Part shown: positions 32,640-46,600 of the stretch, piece after piece | Layout: the number at the start of each line of letters is the position of its first letter | How positions within the stretch are numbered: position 1 is the first letter of the stretch | Assembly (NCBI RefSeq): GCF_009914755.1 | Contig: NC_060938.1 | Reading direction: 5' to 3' (one strand) | DNA from: the human T2T-CHM13v2.0 reference genome, Homo sapiens | Length of the DNA: 64,000 nucleotides | Position numbers and translations under genes: made by a program | Notes under the pieces: generated by a model | Seen by the model: only the letters and a program-made list of their open reading frames with translations | Database searches by the model: none | What the model was told of the DNA's origin: nothing

Positions 32640-33201
32640 AAACAAGTACGTATTGAGTGTCCCCTTAGATGCAGCAGTGAACAAGAGATTGTTGTTGCCT
32701 TCATGGGGCTTTTAGTTTAGTGTTCCAGTCTCCTCATCAAGCTGCCATCTGGCTCTTGCCATCATGCCCCATAACCCAGAAATCTCTGATCTCCTACATG
32801 CTGTGGGTGCCCCCACCACCACGCTGGCCTTGCCCCGTTCTTTACTGTGCCACAAAAGGAGCAGCATCTTCCCTTAATTCTGCACAGCATGGCAGAGATT
32901 ACAGTATGCTCTCATATGTGCAGGAAACATTTCTCTTTCATAGCACTTGTCACAATTGTCATGACTTACTTGTATATGTATTTGTTTAATATCTTTCACT
33001 CTAGACTTCTCATAAGGTTAGGGACTGTGATTATCTTGTTTATCATTATTTTCCCTTATGTAGTGCAGTGCCTGGAGCATACTAGCCATTCAAATACTCG
33101 AATGGTCTGCTATACTGTCAGATTTAACAGGACCCCTTAAGGTGAAGGAATAATAAAACCAATACAATACAAAAAGCATCCTGAAACAGTTACTAGATGT
33201 G

Positions 33202-33572
33202 TGTCTTATTCTGCTCAAGCTGCTATTACAAAATATCATAAACTGGGTGGCTTACACAACAGAAATTAATTTTCTCACAGTTCTAGAGGCTGGGAAGTCC
33301 AAGATGAAGGTGCTGGCCAACTCAGTTTTGGTGAGAGTCCTCCTTTTGACTTGCACACAGCTGCTTTCTCCTTGTGTCCTCACGTGGTGAAGAAAGAGTG
33401 AACTCTCTGGTGACAAAAGGACACTAATCCTATTGGATCAGGTCCCCAATCTTAAAATATCATTTGACCTTAATTATCTTCTTATCGGCCCTGTCTCCAA
33501 ATATAGTGACTTTGGAGATTAAGGCTTCAACCTATTAATCGGTGGCAGTGGGGAACAGTTCAGTCCATAGCA
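33202..33572 (-). mobile_element. MLT1A0-like solo LTR
   Basis: Same family as 30984-31351; TSD atgtg/ctgtg. Confidence 0.85.
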
Positions 33573-33856
33573 CTGTGGGTACCTTCAGCATACATAGCTA
33601 GGGTACCTTCAGAAACCTTTCTAGTGCCTGCCTGCTTAGTTTTCTGCATGTTTCTATGTGGCAGAGGCCAGCTGATGATACACATATTCAGTGCTCTGAG
33701 TATATCTACTCGTAAGAATCTAAGCATACGTGCTCCAAGGTCCAGAAAGAGAAGGAAGTTCTCCTCCAAGTCTAAGGTTGACTTTCTGAGTCCCTATGTT
33801 TTGTCCAAGTCTCTGTCTCATCCCAGGATTGTGAACTTACTTTAGAGGAACTTTAG

Positions 33857-34299
<443 letters not shown>

Positions 34300-37069
34300 T
34301 ATTTCACATTTTTCTTCAAGAAAAATTGGTAGATGTAACCTAGGGTTCTTTTTCTTTTCTTTTCTTTCTTTCTTTTTTTTTTTAAAGAACAGCTATGCCT
34401 ATTCCAAAGAGAATTCAAGTCCCTGTATCTGAGCAGATAGAATTGCCTCCAGTACTCACATGCTAGCCTCCCTTTCATCATCCCCTCCACTCAGATTTTA
34501 TGCCTCAAATATTGGATAATCTTAGGAGTGGTCAGAACTCACATTATGCTTTACATTGCCTGAGTCTGGTACTGAATTGCATAGTGCAATATTTTAGTCT
34601 CTGAAGCTGGATCTCTGCATCTCTGAAGTGGCTGGAATGAAGGACAAAACTCCTATACTAAAGCTTCCAGAACTGTGTTTTCTGTGTATGTAATGGGTGG
34701 AAGCAGGAATAATATTCAGAGCACAGTTTTTGTTTTGTAAGCCCTCTAGGTCATAGAGCTGTAATAAAAGAACTGACTCCTTGTTGCTTGGAATAGCCTT
34801 GAATATTGGTAAAGTCATCCACATATAAATATTTCAGGCTGTGTGGTAAGTGTTCTGTTTAGTAATGGAAATTCAATGTCTTTTAGAGGGAAAGACACAT
34901 TTTTAAAAGTGTTTTCCCCCTTCATTGATTGATTGATTGCTCTAGAATTTCTGTAGAGAATATTTGACATGACTAATAAATGCTCCAAAGTTCAATGAAG
35001 AAACCACCGAGACCATTAATAGCTTAAAAACAAAAATGAGTAAAACATAATTTCCAAATGGTTGGGTCTGGATATTGCCTCTTTGGTAACAGTAGTAAAG
35101 ATAACAAGTACATTTATATAGTGCTTTAGAGTTTACAGAATGTTCTGTGGGTTGCCACCAGGTCTATTTTAGGGATGAGTACTTTGCTTCAGCCCAAGCT
35201 GGTAACTCCAGATCTTATCATTCAAATAACTAGTGGGTATTTGTTGTGGGGGTGGGCATAGTTTGCCTCATCCTATGCCCCAGTGTTCCCTCAGCTTCTA
35301 GTAGGTTACTTTATTCTCTCTGCCCTGCCACTACTTGCCTTTGGGACCAACAAGGGATGAGGGGGTCTTTGCCAACATTGTCTGTGAGACAACCATGTTA
35401 CTAGACTGAACTTGAAACTGTTAATCCAGATCCTTGTACTTAGGTATTCATCCTGGCTCACAATCAGCCATTTGATGGCTATTTGCCAGTACATATGCAT
35501 TCGATGCCACCACTTTCTGTATTTTTCCATTACCCAGCTGAGGCCCACTGTTGGCAAATACTGAGCTTGGGAAAGTTAGGAATCTAGAATCAGGAAATCC
35601 ATTCCTGTGGTGGCCACAGGAAGTTTCAAGATCTGTGAGCCCTTACTGACCTCGGGGACATGACGATGGGATAGAGATGGTAGGTAGGTTTTGCTCTGTG
35701 AACACTTTCTTTCAGTGGCACTCCCAGGATCACTACTCATGTGTATCCACTGCAGAACTGGAGAGAACTCGAGCATTCTATCCCTTGGTCTGACTGCTCA
35801 GAGAGTTCTGATCAAAACTGCTCCTCCCTTTGGGGTTCGGCCAAATGGAATCTTCTTTGTGACCTCGGTTTCCTATTACTGAGGGAAGAGGAAGATGCAG
35901 GGTAGTGGAGAGCTCATCGGCCTGTGCAGAAAACAGGGCTTCTGACTTGTTTGTTCTCAAAAGGCAAATTGTTGTTTCTCACCTGCATGTTAATAAAAAT
36001 ACTATCCAGTAGTGGTGAGAGTTTTCCTGATATATTTTGTTCGAATTAATTTATTTCATTAGGATATTTATTTCATGGTGTGTTGTCGTTTTTCATGTGC
36101 TATATTTACTGTGCTGAGCCTTGTATACATCTACTGGGATGGGCATACTAGTGTCTTTATATACACATTTGCTAAGCAGAAAGTGTGTTTTTTCCTTTGG
36201 AATTGCCCTTATGGGAAGGATTTTAAAAAATATGTGGTTCATGATCAAGCTTTGCTCACATTTTGCTCTTTGCAGTTGTTTTCTTTTTAAACATATAGCC
36301 ATGTATATATTGTTAAATAAACTTCGTCCCCTCCTCCATTTTCCCTAAGGGAAGCCATATATAAAAGGAATGCAAGAAAAAGAGGAAATTCCATTGCATA
36401 GGTGCATCTATGCTCTTGGTTACTTTCTCAAGCAATGATTAAAATCTTCCCCATAGAAAACTTTGCATGGGAGGATGGATGGAGGAATGATCCAGTATTT
36501 TATTTTCTTGTCTGCACTCTGGTCACTCTCCCAACCTCTTTGTCATTTTCCCCAAGGTACCCTGGACCAACTTGGGCCTCTCATTCAGCTGGTGATCTGG
36601 GCCTTTCTGTTCCTTTTATGATACTTGAAAAATGACTTCGAGCCTGCAGGAGTATAGCCTCTTAAGATTTGGGAGTTTTGAAAGTCAGAAAAGAAAGATC
36701 CGATCTAGGCTGAAGTTTGAGAGCACAAGTGCCAGGATTCTTTTCTCCTCACATATTAAATGAATCAGGTTTGCCATTCTGTTCAAAATTCTACCAGCTT
36801 ATTTCGTTAGTGTCTTCTACATTTAATAATGGCATAAAGATGCTGCATTTGGTACTAGTGGGAATGATAACTTACTAGACTAGTATGGAGAAACCTGTAT
36901 TTAACATCCATTAGCATTTGAGCTTCCTCAACTTGTAGAGTTTGCTCGATTTCTTATTGATCAAAGTGCCTATAGATCAATGCTTATTTGCATGGAAGAC
37001 TTTATCTTCTTGTTGTAGGGATAGATAATCCATAGCATAACAAGGAACAAGCTGTGACAGCATTGCAAT

Positions 37070-37220
37070 TATTGCAACTGTTATTATTGCTGCCCTACTA
37101 GTATTGCTACTGCTATTATTGTTGCTGCTATCTGCTGCACTAATAATGATTGTTGCTGATGCTGCTGCAGCTGATTCTGTTGCAGCTAATACTGCTCCTT
37201 TTGCTACTGCTGCTACCAGT
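37070..37220 (+). repeat. Degenerate (GCT/ACT/ATT)n trinucleotide low-complexity tract
   Basis: 3-nt periodicity visible. Confidence 0.75.
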
Positions 37221-37339
37221 CACCATTCACATTTTTAGTTCTATGCTAGATGCTGTAGGGATTTAAAACAATTCATTGTCTAAGCCTTCAAGATGTTTAG
37301 TCTACATAAAATTAAACTAATGACTGGCAAGCAATAATT

Positions 37340-37570
37340 ATCATTTATGTAGCACCACTGTGTGCCAGATGCTTTATATAATTAGCTCATTTAGTTATCT
37401 TGACAATCCTAGGAGATAGGCCTTGCTATCCCTTTTCAATAGATGAAGAAACTAGATTCAGAGAGGGCAAACAACTTGCCCATGTTCACACAACAAGTGA
37501 ATGGCAGAGCTTGGATTTAAGCCTAGGTATGTTGGGCTCTAAAACCTATGCCATTTTCATTACACTGTCT
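37340..37570 (-). mobile_element. MIR
   Basis: agatgaagaaactaga.tcagagagggcaaacaacttgccca. Confidence 0.8.
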
Positions 37571-38384
37571 TTAAACTCAGAAAGCACATTTCTGTTTACA
37601 ATACTCCCCAGAAATGGCAGAGCATGTATCATGAAAAACAAACAAACAAACACAAGGAGAGAATATTGATGAACCTCAGAGCTAGTTACAGGAGTGAGAC
37701 TCAGGGCTCCCAATTCCTTGCCCTGTGCTCTACTTCTCTACGGAGCAACAGTTGTTTTACTGACTCTGTCTTTATACATTAATCCTGCAAATTAACACAG
37801 GCCTGGAGCCTGAAAATTATGCCAGGGCAACATAGCAAATATTGAGATTGTACTTCCTTGTCTGTTTGCCATGTTGCGTACTTTGTGCAGCCATCCTGAC
37901 TTTGATTAACAGCGTCATCTTTATAGCATCTTCGTCCTTTGAGCAGTAATTGGTACTATTGTGTGCAAATGAATACCCAGTGGGAATTGGTCTGGTGGCT
38001 GAATAGTCTGGAAATCTGCCGATTGCTTTGATCAACAAGACTTTACTGAAAACTTAGTAGGTGTCCACCAGTGTCTGTTTGTACCAACAAAGTTTTCTTA
38101 AGCAAGGTTTATTTCAATTGGTGGCCTCTAAAATGTGAGGATTCACTGGAAGATGTTTAAGACACAGTATTCTCTCTATGTATGTAGCTAACATATTATG
38201 GATTACTGGAGTGAGTGCTGCCTCTTCTTTCCACTACTGGCTAAATTCTGTGCTCCTGCTGGGGACAGAGGTAGTGAGGGCAAGATGCCTGGACAGGTGT
38301 TAATGAAGGTGGGTAATGAGGGTGTTAATGAGGGTGAGTTCCAAAGGTAAATACAGTTTGGGGATTATATGTGGTGTCTTGAAG

Positions 38385-38600
38385 GTTAGGAGTATAGACT
38401 CTGTAGTTAGCACATCTGGGTTCAGATTCTGACTCTGCTACTTATAGCAGCAAGATCTGGGGCAGCTCTGGGGGCCCCTGTTCCTTGTCTGTAAAATGAG
38501 GTTCAATACTTCTTTCACAGGATTACTTAAGGATTAAATAAGCTAATACATATCCTGACCATGCCTGTTATATAGATAGCTATAATAATAGTTAATAATA
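38385..38600 (+). mobile_element. MIR
   Basis: gactctgtag...ctgggttcagattctgactctgctactta...ctgtaaaatgagg. Confidence 0.8.
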
Positions 38601-38650
38601 ATAATAATTTTTAAAATCTCATTTATGATTCCTTTCTCAAAAGATACTTC

Positions 38651-38721
38651 ACCCTGTGGTCTAGTGGCTTGGATTCTGTACTTTCACTACCACAGTCTGG
38701 GTTTGATTCCTGGTCAAAAAG
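38651..38721 (+). pseudogene. Decayed tRNA-Glu(TTC) pseudogene
   Basis: ccctgtggtctagtggcttggattctgtactttcactaccacagtctgggtttgattcctggtca aligns to tRNA-Glu-TTC; anticodon TTC 38683-38685; A-box kept, B-box GGTTTGATTCC, all CpGs lost, 3' acceptor end missing. Confidence 0.85.
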
Positions 38722-38827
38722 TAACTCATATTTGATTAAAATATTTGAATGCCTTACTCTTCTACCTCTTCCATGCATATGCTTCCTTAATAGTTTAAGC
38801 TGAGAGTTTGTCTTTAAAAAATAGCTT

Positions 38828-40085
38828 TTATTTTAATTTTTATTATTTATTTTTAATTTTTACACTAGGTACATAGTAGGTATATATATTTATGGGTTAC
38901 ATGAGATATTTTGATATACGCATGCAATGTGTAATAATCACATCAGGGTAAATGGGGTATCCATCCCCTCAAGCATTTATCCTTTCTGTTATGAACAATC
39001 CAACTATACGTTTTTAGTTATTTAAAAATATACAATGAAATCATTTCCAACTATAGTTACCGTGTTGTACTAGCACATACTAAGTTTTATTCATTCTTTG
39101 CAATTGTTTTTTGTATCCATTAACCATTCCCACTTCCCCTCAACCCCCTGTTATCCTTCTCAGCCTCTGGTAACCATCATTTTACTCTTCATCTCCAGGA
39201 GTTCAATTGTTTTAATTTTTAGCTCCCACAAATAAGTGAGAACATGTGAAATTTGTCTTTCTGTGCCTGACTTATTTCACTTAACCAACAACCTCCAGTT
39301 CCATGCATGTTGCTGCAGATGACAGGATCTCATTCTTTTTTATGGCTGAATGGTACTCTATTGTGTATTTATGTATACAGTGCATTTTCTTTAACCATTC
39401 CTCTGTTGATGGGCACTTAAGTCACTTCCAAATCTTGGCTATTTTGAATGGTGCTGCAATAAATATAGGAATGCAGATGTCTCTTTGATATACTGATTTC
39501 CTTTCTTTTGAGTATATACCTAGGAATGGGATGTGTGGATTGTATGGTAGCACTATTTTTAGTTTTTTGAGGAACCCTAAAACTGTTCTCACAGTGGTTA
39601 TACTAATTTACGTTTCCACCAACAGTGTATGAGGGCTCCCTTTTTTCCACATCCTCACCAGCATTTGTTATTGCCTGTCTTTTGGATAAAAGCCATTTTA
39701 ACTGGGGTGAGATGCTATCTCATTGTAGTTTTCATTTGCATTTCTCTGATGATCAATAATGTTGAGCATATTTTCATATACTTGTTTGCCATTTGTATGT
39801 CTTCTTTTGAGAAATACCTATTCAGGTCTTTGCCTATTTTGAAATCAGATAATTAGATATTTTTTCCTACAGAGTTGAGTTCCTTATATATTCTGGTTAT
39901 TAATCCCTTGTCAGATGGGTAGTTTACAAATATTTTCTGTCATTCTGTGGGTTGTCTCTTCACTTTGTTGATTGTTTCCTTTGCTGTGAAGAAGCTTTTT
40001 AACTTGATGTGATCCCATTTGTCCATTTTTTCTTTGGTTGCCTGTGTTTGTGGGATATTACTCAAGAAACCTTTGCCCACTCCAA
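38828..40085 (-). mobile_element. 5'-truncated L1MA2-4-like element
   Basis: ggtacatagtaggtatatatatttatggg 3' end; [13 protein letters not shown]2 remnant; TSD ttaaaa(a/g)atagctt. Confidence 0.9.
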
Positions 40086-40137
40086 TTAAAAGATAGCTTC
40101 TAGATAAAATTAAAAATGAGAGAAACATACCAATTTA

Positions 40138-40473
<336 letters not shown>

Positions 40474-40927
40474 AGAATAGCCCATTTATAGGAAGCCTAA
40501 ATGAGAAAGAAATATTTGGAAACTCTGTTAGAAGAATAGTATTCAGATTATGCTTTTTCCTGGTTTAAATGCTAAATGGCTCCCCTTAGAATGAGCCCTC
40601 TGTGAGGCACATTTAAGATCCATTCTGCCCCGCTATCTAGCCTTATCTTGCACACTCCCCCTCACCTTCTATAAGTCAAGTGAACAAAGAAAGTATGTCA
40701 ATGCAAATATGTCATGCTTAGTAGAAAACCTCAAAAGTTCCTGTTCTAGCCAAACAAAGTTTGGGGTGATTCTTCATGTACACTAATTATCTACTTATAC
40801 TTCACATAGTGTGACAAAGTATCTCTCAATTATTCACACATTAATTATTTAGTTCAGTGTTTCTTAGTCCTGATTGATCTTTAGAATAACCTGGGGGTCT
40901 AGGAAAATAAGTATAGCAGCTCAAATA

Positions 40928-41293
40928 CAGCTGGTCTCCTACTTAACAATGGTTTCACTAATGATTTTTCGACTTTGGGATGGTGTAAAAGTGGTATGTA
41001 TTCAGTAGAAACTGTACTTTGAGTATCCATACAACCATTCTGTTTCTCACTTTCAGTACCATATTTGATAAATTACATGAGATAGTCAACACTTTATTAT
41101 AAAATAGGCTTTGTGTTGGGTGATTTTGCCCAACTGTATGCTGATGTAAGTGCTCTGAGCATGTTTAAGGTAAGCTAGGCTAAGCTATGTTGTTTGGTAG
41201 TTGGGTGTATTAAATGCATTTTCTATTTACAATATTTTCAACTTACAATGGATTTATTGGGGTGTAACCTTATTGTAAGCCAAGGAGCATCTG
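40928..41293 (-). mobile_element. MER47A-like (Tigger5-derived) MITE
   Basis: TIRs cagctggtctcctacttaac / gtaagccaaggagcatctg with TA on both sides. Confidence 0.85.
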
Positions 41294-41649
41294 TATTGTG
41301 GTAGTTTATTTCTCTTCATTTAATTGTACACAGTGGATGTTTCTGGTCAAAGAGCAATTTCCTCCTACTGATGATGCAGGGCTGTCCTTCCTGGGGTACA
41401 CAGGGCTCTACCTCAGTCTCTCCCAGGCACCATCTGGTTTGCCAGACCTTTCTTCCCCTACACATCAAAGTTTACCTCTTCTAAGTTTCATTTCTCCATA
41501 GGAATGCAATCTGGCTAATCTGATTAATTTGGGCTAAGAATAATATTTTACATTTCATAACACCTTATACATTATTAGTCTTGATGAAAATGTTAACCAA
41601 TATCTATTGCATGTCTGATATATGCCAGGCACCATGCTGGATACTTTAA

Positions 41650-41775
41650 CTTGTACTAGAATATGAGCTCCCCAAGGACAGGGATCATGGCCTGTTTTGT
41701 TCACTGATGTATCCCAAGCACCTGGAACAGTGACTGGTACATAGTAGATGCTCAATAAAGATTTGTCGAATGGAT
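41650..41775 (+). mobile_element. L2 3' end (within a MIR remnant)
   Basis: gttcactgatgtatccc...gtagatgctcaataaagatttgtcgaatg. Confidence 0.8.
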
Positions 41776-41924
41776 TTATGATTGCTAATCTTTATAATAA
41801 TTTTGTAAGGCAGGTATTATCCCCATTTCCCAGAGGGGAAAAAACATAAAGCCCAGATAAATTCTTTGTCCCAGAGCAGATTTTAGGTGGGAGTAACGTC
41901 CAGAAAGAAATTCAGATTTTAAAG

Positions 41925-42157
41925 CCTACCTTCTTTGATTCCTCCCCCAACCTTTACCTCTTTCCCTTCTCTTTGCTCGTCTCCTTCCATTTTCCCCTGT
42001 TGGTCCCCTTTTCTTCCCCTCTCCTTTCCTTCCTCGCTTTTCCCTGTCCTTTTTTCCTCCTTTTTTCCCCTAATCTCTTTCAGTCCCTTTTCTCCCCCTT
42101 TTTTCCCCTCTTTTTTCTTTGCTTTTCTATGCCCCTTTACTGGTTTCCGTTTTCCCT
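41925..42157 (+). repeat. Long CT-rich polypyrimidine low-complexity tract
   Basis: ~230 nt overwhelmingly C/T. Confidence 0.9.
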
Positions 42158-42876
42158 TAAAACACAAATACAGCCTTTTACTTCTCAGTGGATGATAGCA
42201 ATGTTAGGTAAGCAGAGCAGTTATTTTGATTTCCCGTGGCTAGTTAGTGCAACCTAATTACCTTCCCACTAGTCTAGTTAGCATCTTTCCCACAGCATGT
42301 GCTGCTTTGCAGATATCAGTGGTTGTGGATGGCCGACGGTGATACCTATCCTTTAAAAGCTTCCTTAGCTTCCAACTGAGTGGACTGAATTCTGAGGTAA
42401 TTTAGGAACCAAAGCAGGTTTGTGAGGGAGACTGTAGGGCAAACTAGACTCAGATTCTCCTCAGATCCCACCATTTGAGTGATAGTTACTCATAAGGCTG
42501 GTGCCTGCAGAGGAAGAGGACTCCAAAGCTGTTTTCAAAGCCTGCAGTGCATGGGAGCCTTACAGAGCACCAGAAATAGCGCTTCCTCAGGAGTTCAGAG
42601 TGGCCCCTCTTTGGGTGGGGGTGGGGATTTAGTATTTACCTGCTCTAAGATCAACACTTGAAATATCACATATGTAAATAGTGCTGGCTCATTTTCACCT
42701 TGGGACATCATCTTTTTCTTCAGTCTAACTCACCTGGTATAGTATATTAGTGATATTCTACAGCATCCCATTAACAATTCAAATCCTAAACCACACATTA
42801 TTCTAGTGCTGGTCAACCACAGTGGGTATGCTTCAGTTACACCACACTTCTTAGGTGGTTTAAGACACTAAGCCAA

Positions 42877-43181
42877 GGCCGGGTGCAGTGGCTCATGCCT
42901 GTAATCCCATCACTTTGGGAAGCCGAGGCTGGCGGATCGCTTGAGGTCAGGAGTTTGAGACTAGCCTTGCCAACATGGTGAAACCCTGTCTCTACTAAAA
43001 ATACAAAAATGAGCCAGCATGGTGGTGAATGCCTATAGTCCTAGCTACTTGGGAGGCTGAGGTAGGAGAATCTTGCTTGAACCTGGGAGGTGGAGGCTGC
43101 AGTGAGCTGAGATCAGGCCACTGCACTCCAGCCTGGGTGACAAAGTGAGGCTCTGTCTCCAAAAAAAAAAAAAAAAAAAAA
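42877..43181 (+). mobile_element. Alu (AluS/Jb-type)
   Basis: TSD aagaca(c/t)taagccaa. Confidence 0.95.
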
Positions 43182-43674
43182 AAGACATTAAGCCAAGTCA
43201 ACATGCCAGTAAAACAGGTCCTGAATTGTTTTAATCTTATAGTGTTGGGAAAAAGGTTGATCTCTTTGGCCAACTTCCAAATAAGAGCTGGGTGAGTAAG
43301 CACTATAAATATAGAACTGAGTAAAGCAATGATTTTATTACTTGATTTTGTTCTTTTTATATCTCAATGTATGTATTATTGTATATGTTCTTTTTGTGAC
43401 ATGTATTATATATTTACTTTTATGTTTGTGTCTGTGTAATCTTTTTCAGAAGAATTCTATGAACAATAATATTTTGTATTATTGTGAAATGTTTTCATAA
43501 TAAGTATATTGACAGAATGTTTATTTCAGTAGTAAATTAGTAAACAAATGTAAAATGATGTCATTAGTATGAGAAGGAAAGATTGATATTATATGCAAAA
43601 ATTCATTCTCACATATATTTTTAAATCTATATGTGCATGTGTGTGTATTTATATGCACACATGTTTATGTTTGA

Positions 43675-44011
<337 letters not shown>

Positions 44012-45307
44012 TAACTGGCCAGGGGTGGAGAATAGGAGGGAGGATTAAGTTGCTGAGTTTGGCAAACTCAGATAAAAACATTTACTAGGCGAGGTGCCCA
44101 ACAAGTGCTTGCTACACAACCTATGCTACTCTGGAAGACAGTTCTTGACCCAAAGGAGGTTGAAGTTGTTTCTGTGACAGACAAACATCTGTTTAGTGGA
44201 ATACAAGGCAGGCTGATGTAAAGTCTCAGCTAGAGGTAAAAGGAAGTTGATACTTATCATAGGATGTAGGATTTCAGCTCTTGTTTATTTCATAGAACCC
44301 TAGCAAATGGAAAGACTTGTGAATAGTGTACAACCCTACACTTCATAGAGCTGATTTTTAAGAGTGTATTTGTCAAACTGGATTATTCACTAAAGAAAAT
44401 GTTTCTACCCCATAAGTAAATCTTTTTTGTTAGAGCTGCTGTGATTTTGTTGTAGTGTACCCTTTAATATATTAATTACTGAAGGATTTTTACCTTGTAA
44501 GCATGATATAATTATTTTCCTTAGAAAAAGGAACGCCTTTAAAATTATCTTGGAAATTTCCATTTTTCTATAATGTAATTTGTTTATGCTGGGAGACTAT
44601 TTGTAAATGAGGATTGATTATCAATATTTTTTCTCAGGTAAGGGGCAGAGACTAAATTGAAAGAACTTGTGGGGTGAAATTGCTGTGTTAGTTACAAGAC
44701 AGTTGTGAATAACTTGAAAACAGGTATCATGAGCACCACTTTATTTCCTGCAAATAAGAACTCTGATGACACATAGTAGGTGTTTTCTTGCTGACTTGCT
44801 TTGTCATTTTAGGTCTAATCTTTTCAGTAGCAAATTATATTTTGGTATTTTAGGCAGTAAAGGAAGGGATAAAGATTTACACATATAAACCTTAGTAGAA
44901 TCTTACAACGTTTCAAACACTGGGGTGATAAAGAGAAAGCTTGCAGGAAGCTTATCATTGCCTGGAATAGAAATAATGCTATTTTTCTCAAATAATTAAG
45001 AATTAAGAAGGACTTATTAAGAAATTGCTTATGCCTAGGAGTGTGACCAAAATAACAGTACCATAAAGAGCTGTGTACTTGAGGAGGCAAGATTAAGACC
45101 TATGAAAACATCGAATGCTAAAACAGGAAAGCCCCAGTTCAAAAAGCTTGTAAACTCCTGTCTAATATGTTCGTCCTCAGTGTTTTCCTTTGCCTGTATA
45201 AATTAGCAGCACAATTGTGCTTCCATTAACACATTAAAGCCAGTAGGTTCCATGTCAAATGTTTGTGTTTGTAGTTAAATTCAAAATGAAACAGCAAAAC
45301 ACTGGTC

Positions 45308-45623
45308 GGCCAGGTGTGGTGGCTCATGCCTGTAATCCCAGCACTTTGGGAGGCTGAGGTAGGCAGACTGCTTAAGCCCAAGAGTTCAAGACCAGCCTGG
45401 GCAACATGGTGAAACCCTGTTCTCCAAAAAAACACAAAAATTAGCTGGGCATGCTGGCATATCTATAGTCCCAGCTACTCAGGAAGCTGAGGTGAGAGGA
45501 TCACCTGAGCCTGGGAGGTTGAGGCTGCAGTGAAGTGTGATTGCACCACTGCACTCCAGCCTAGGCAACAGAGTGAGATCCTGTCTCAAAACAGCAAAAC
45601 AAAAACAAAAACAAAAACAAATA
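45308..45623 (+). mobile_element. AluJ-type with (CAAAA)n tail
   Basis: gcttaagcccaagagttc, gaggttgaggctgcag diagnostics. Confidence 0.92.
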
Positions 45624-46099
45624 AAAACACTATAAAGTTCCATAAAGTCAGACAAGAGAAAATCTTGAATTCAGAAGGACGTCAGAGAAATCTCTGAACT
45701 GGTTAGGGCAAGTTTCTATGGGCAAAATCACCCCAAGGTCTATTTCAGATTCCAAATCTAATGTTCATTCAAGATCTGATCTACCCTCCCTGGGCTTGTT
45801 GAGGTTTTCGTCTTTGCCAATGGAAATTTTGCCTGGGAAAGGAGAGGAATGGAACTCAAGCTCATTGAGATGGTGGTCACTATCATAAATTTGGGAATGT
45901 TCAGGAGTAAGGGAGGATAATATCTTGCATCTACCTTGTGAGTAGGTCTTACCAGTTCTGGCCCTGAACCTAACCCTTTGAAGGGTCTCAGCTCTGAGGC
46001 TGTGAACCCCTCTGGGACCTAATAGCTTTTCTTTTCCCTTCCTAGGAAGCTGCATGCTACTGGTGCCTACTTATACATTACACAATTTCTCAGATGACT

Positions 46100-46600
46100 T
46101 TGTGAATCAGTTAGGCCTCTGTTTACTGTGACTGAACCTCCAAGCCATACACTGCCTTAAGCAGAAACAGGGACTTTTGGACTCATAACCAACAGAACCA
46201 GAGTAAGGCTGATTTCTGGCATAAGTGGTGAGAGGAAAGTGTTCCTTTCTCTCAACTCAGCTCTGCTCTTCTCCTTGTGTTGGCTTTATTCTTAGACAGG
46301 TTCTTCATTCATGAATACAAAATGGATGAGCAACTTTAGACTTGACATCCTTTCCTATTCAAAATCAGGAGCCAATAGTGATTTTCAGTAAAATGTTTCA
46401 TTGCTTCTCAGTGGCTTCAATGGTATCCCATGTACACCTCTGAACTAATTTCCGTGGGTCATGGGAATAGTAATAAACTGATTAGCTTAAGATTGATTGG
46501 GTCACATACTCCATTCCTTTCGTTAGATTCCCACCCAAAGCATGTAAGTTTGAGTGTAGAAAAGGTGATATCTAAGAGGAAATAATAAATGCAAAAATTA
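46100..46600. mobile_element. Old MLT1K/L-like LTR
   Basis: ctcagctctgctcttctccttgtgttggctttattcttagacagg. Confidence 0.55.

Noticed and set aside
33577-33612. Direct repeat gggtaccttcag x2 (also short duplications near 25770, 38300, 47070)
   Set aside because: Two- to three-copy local slippage duplications; no array or spacer structure, not CRISPR-like.
41919-42257. K/E/G-rich and F/S/P-rich ORFs
   Set aside because: Artefacts of the polypyrimidine tract.
44630-44645. Donor-like CAG|GTAAGG
   Set aside because: Isolated motif with no acceptor or promoter that I can support; expected by chance in 64 kb.
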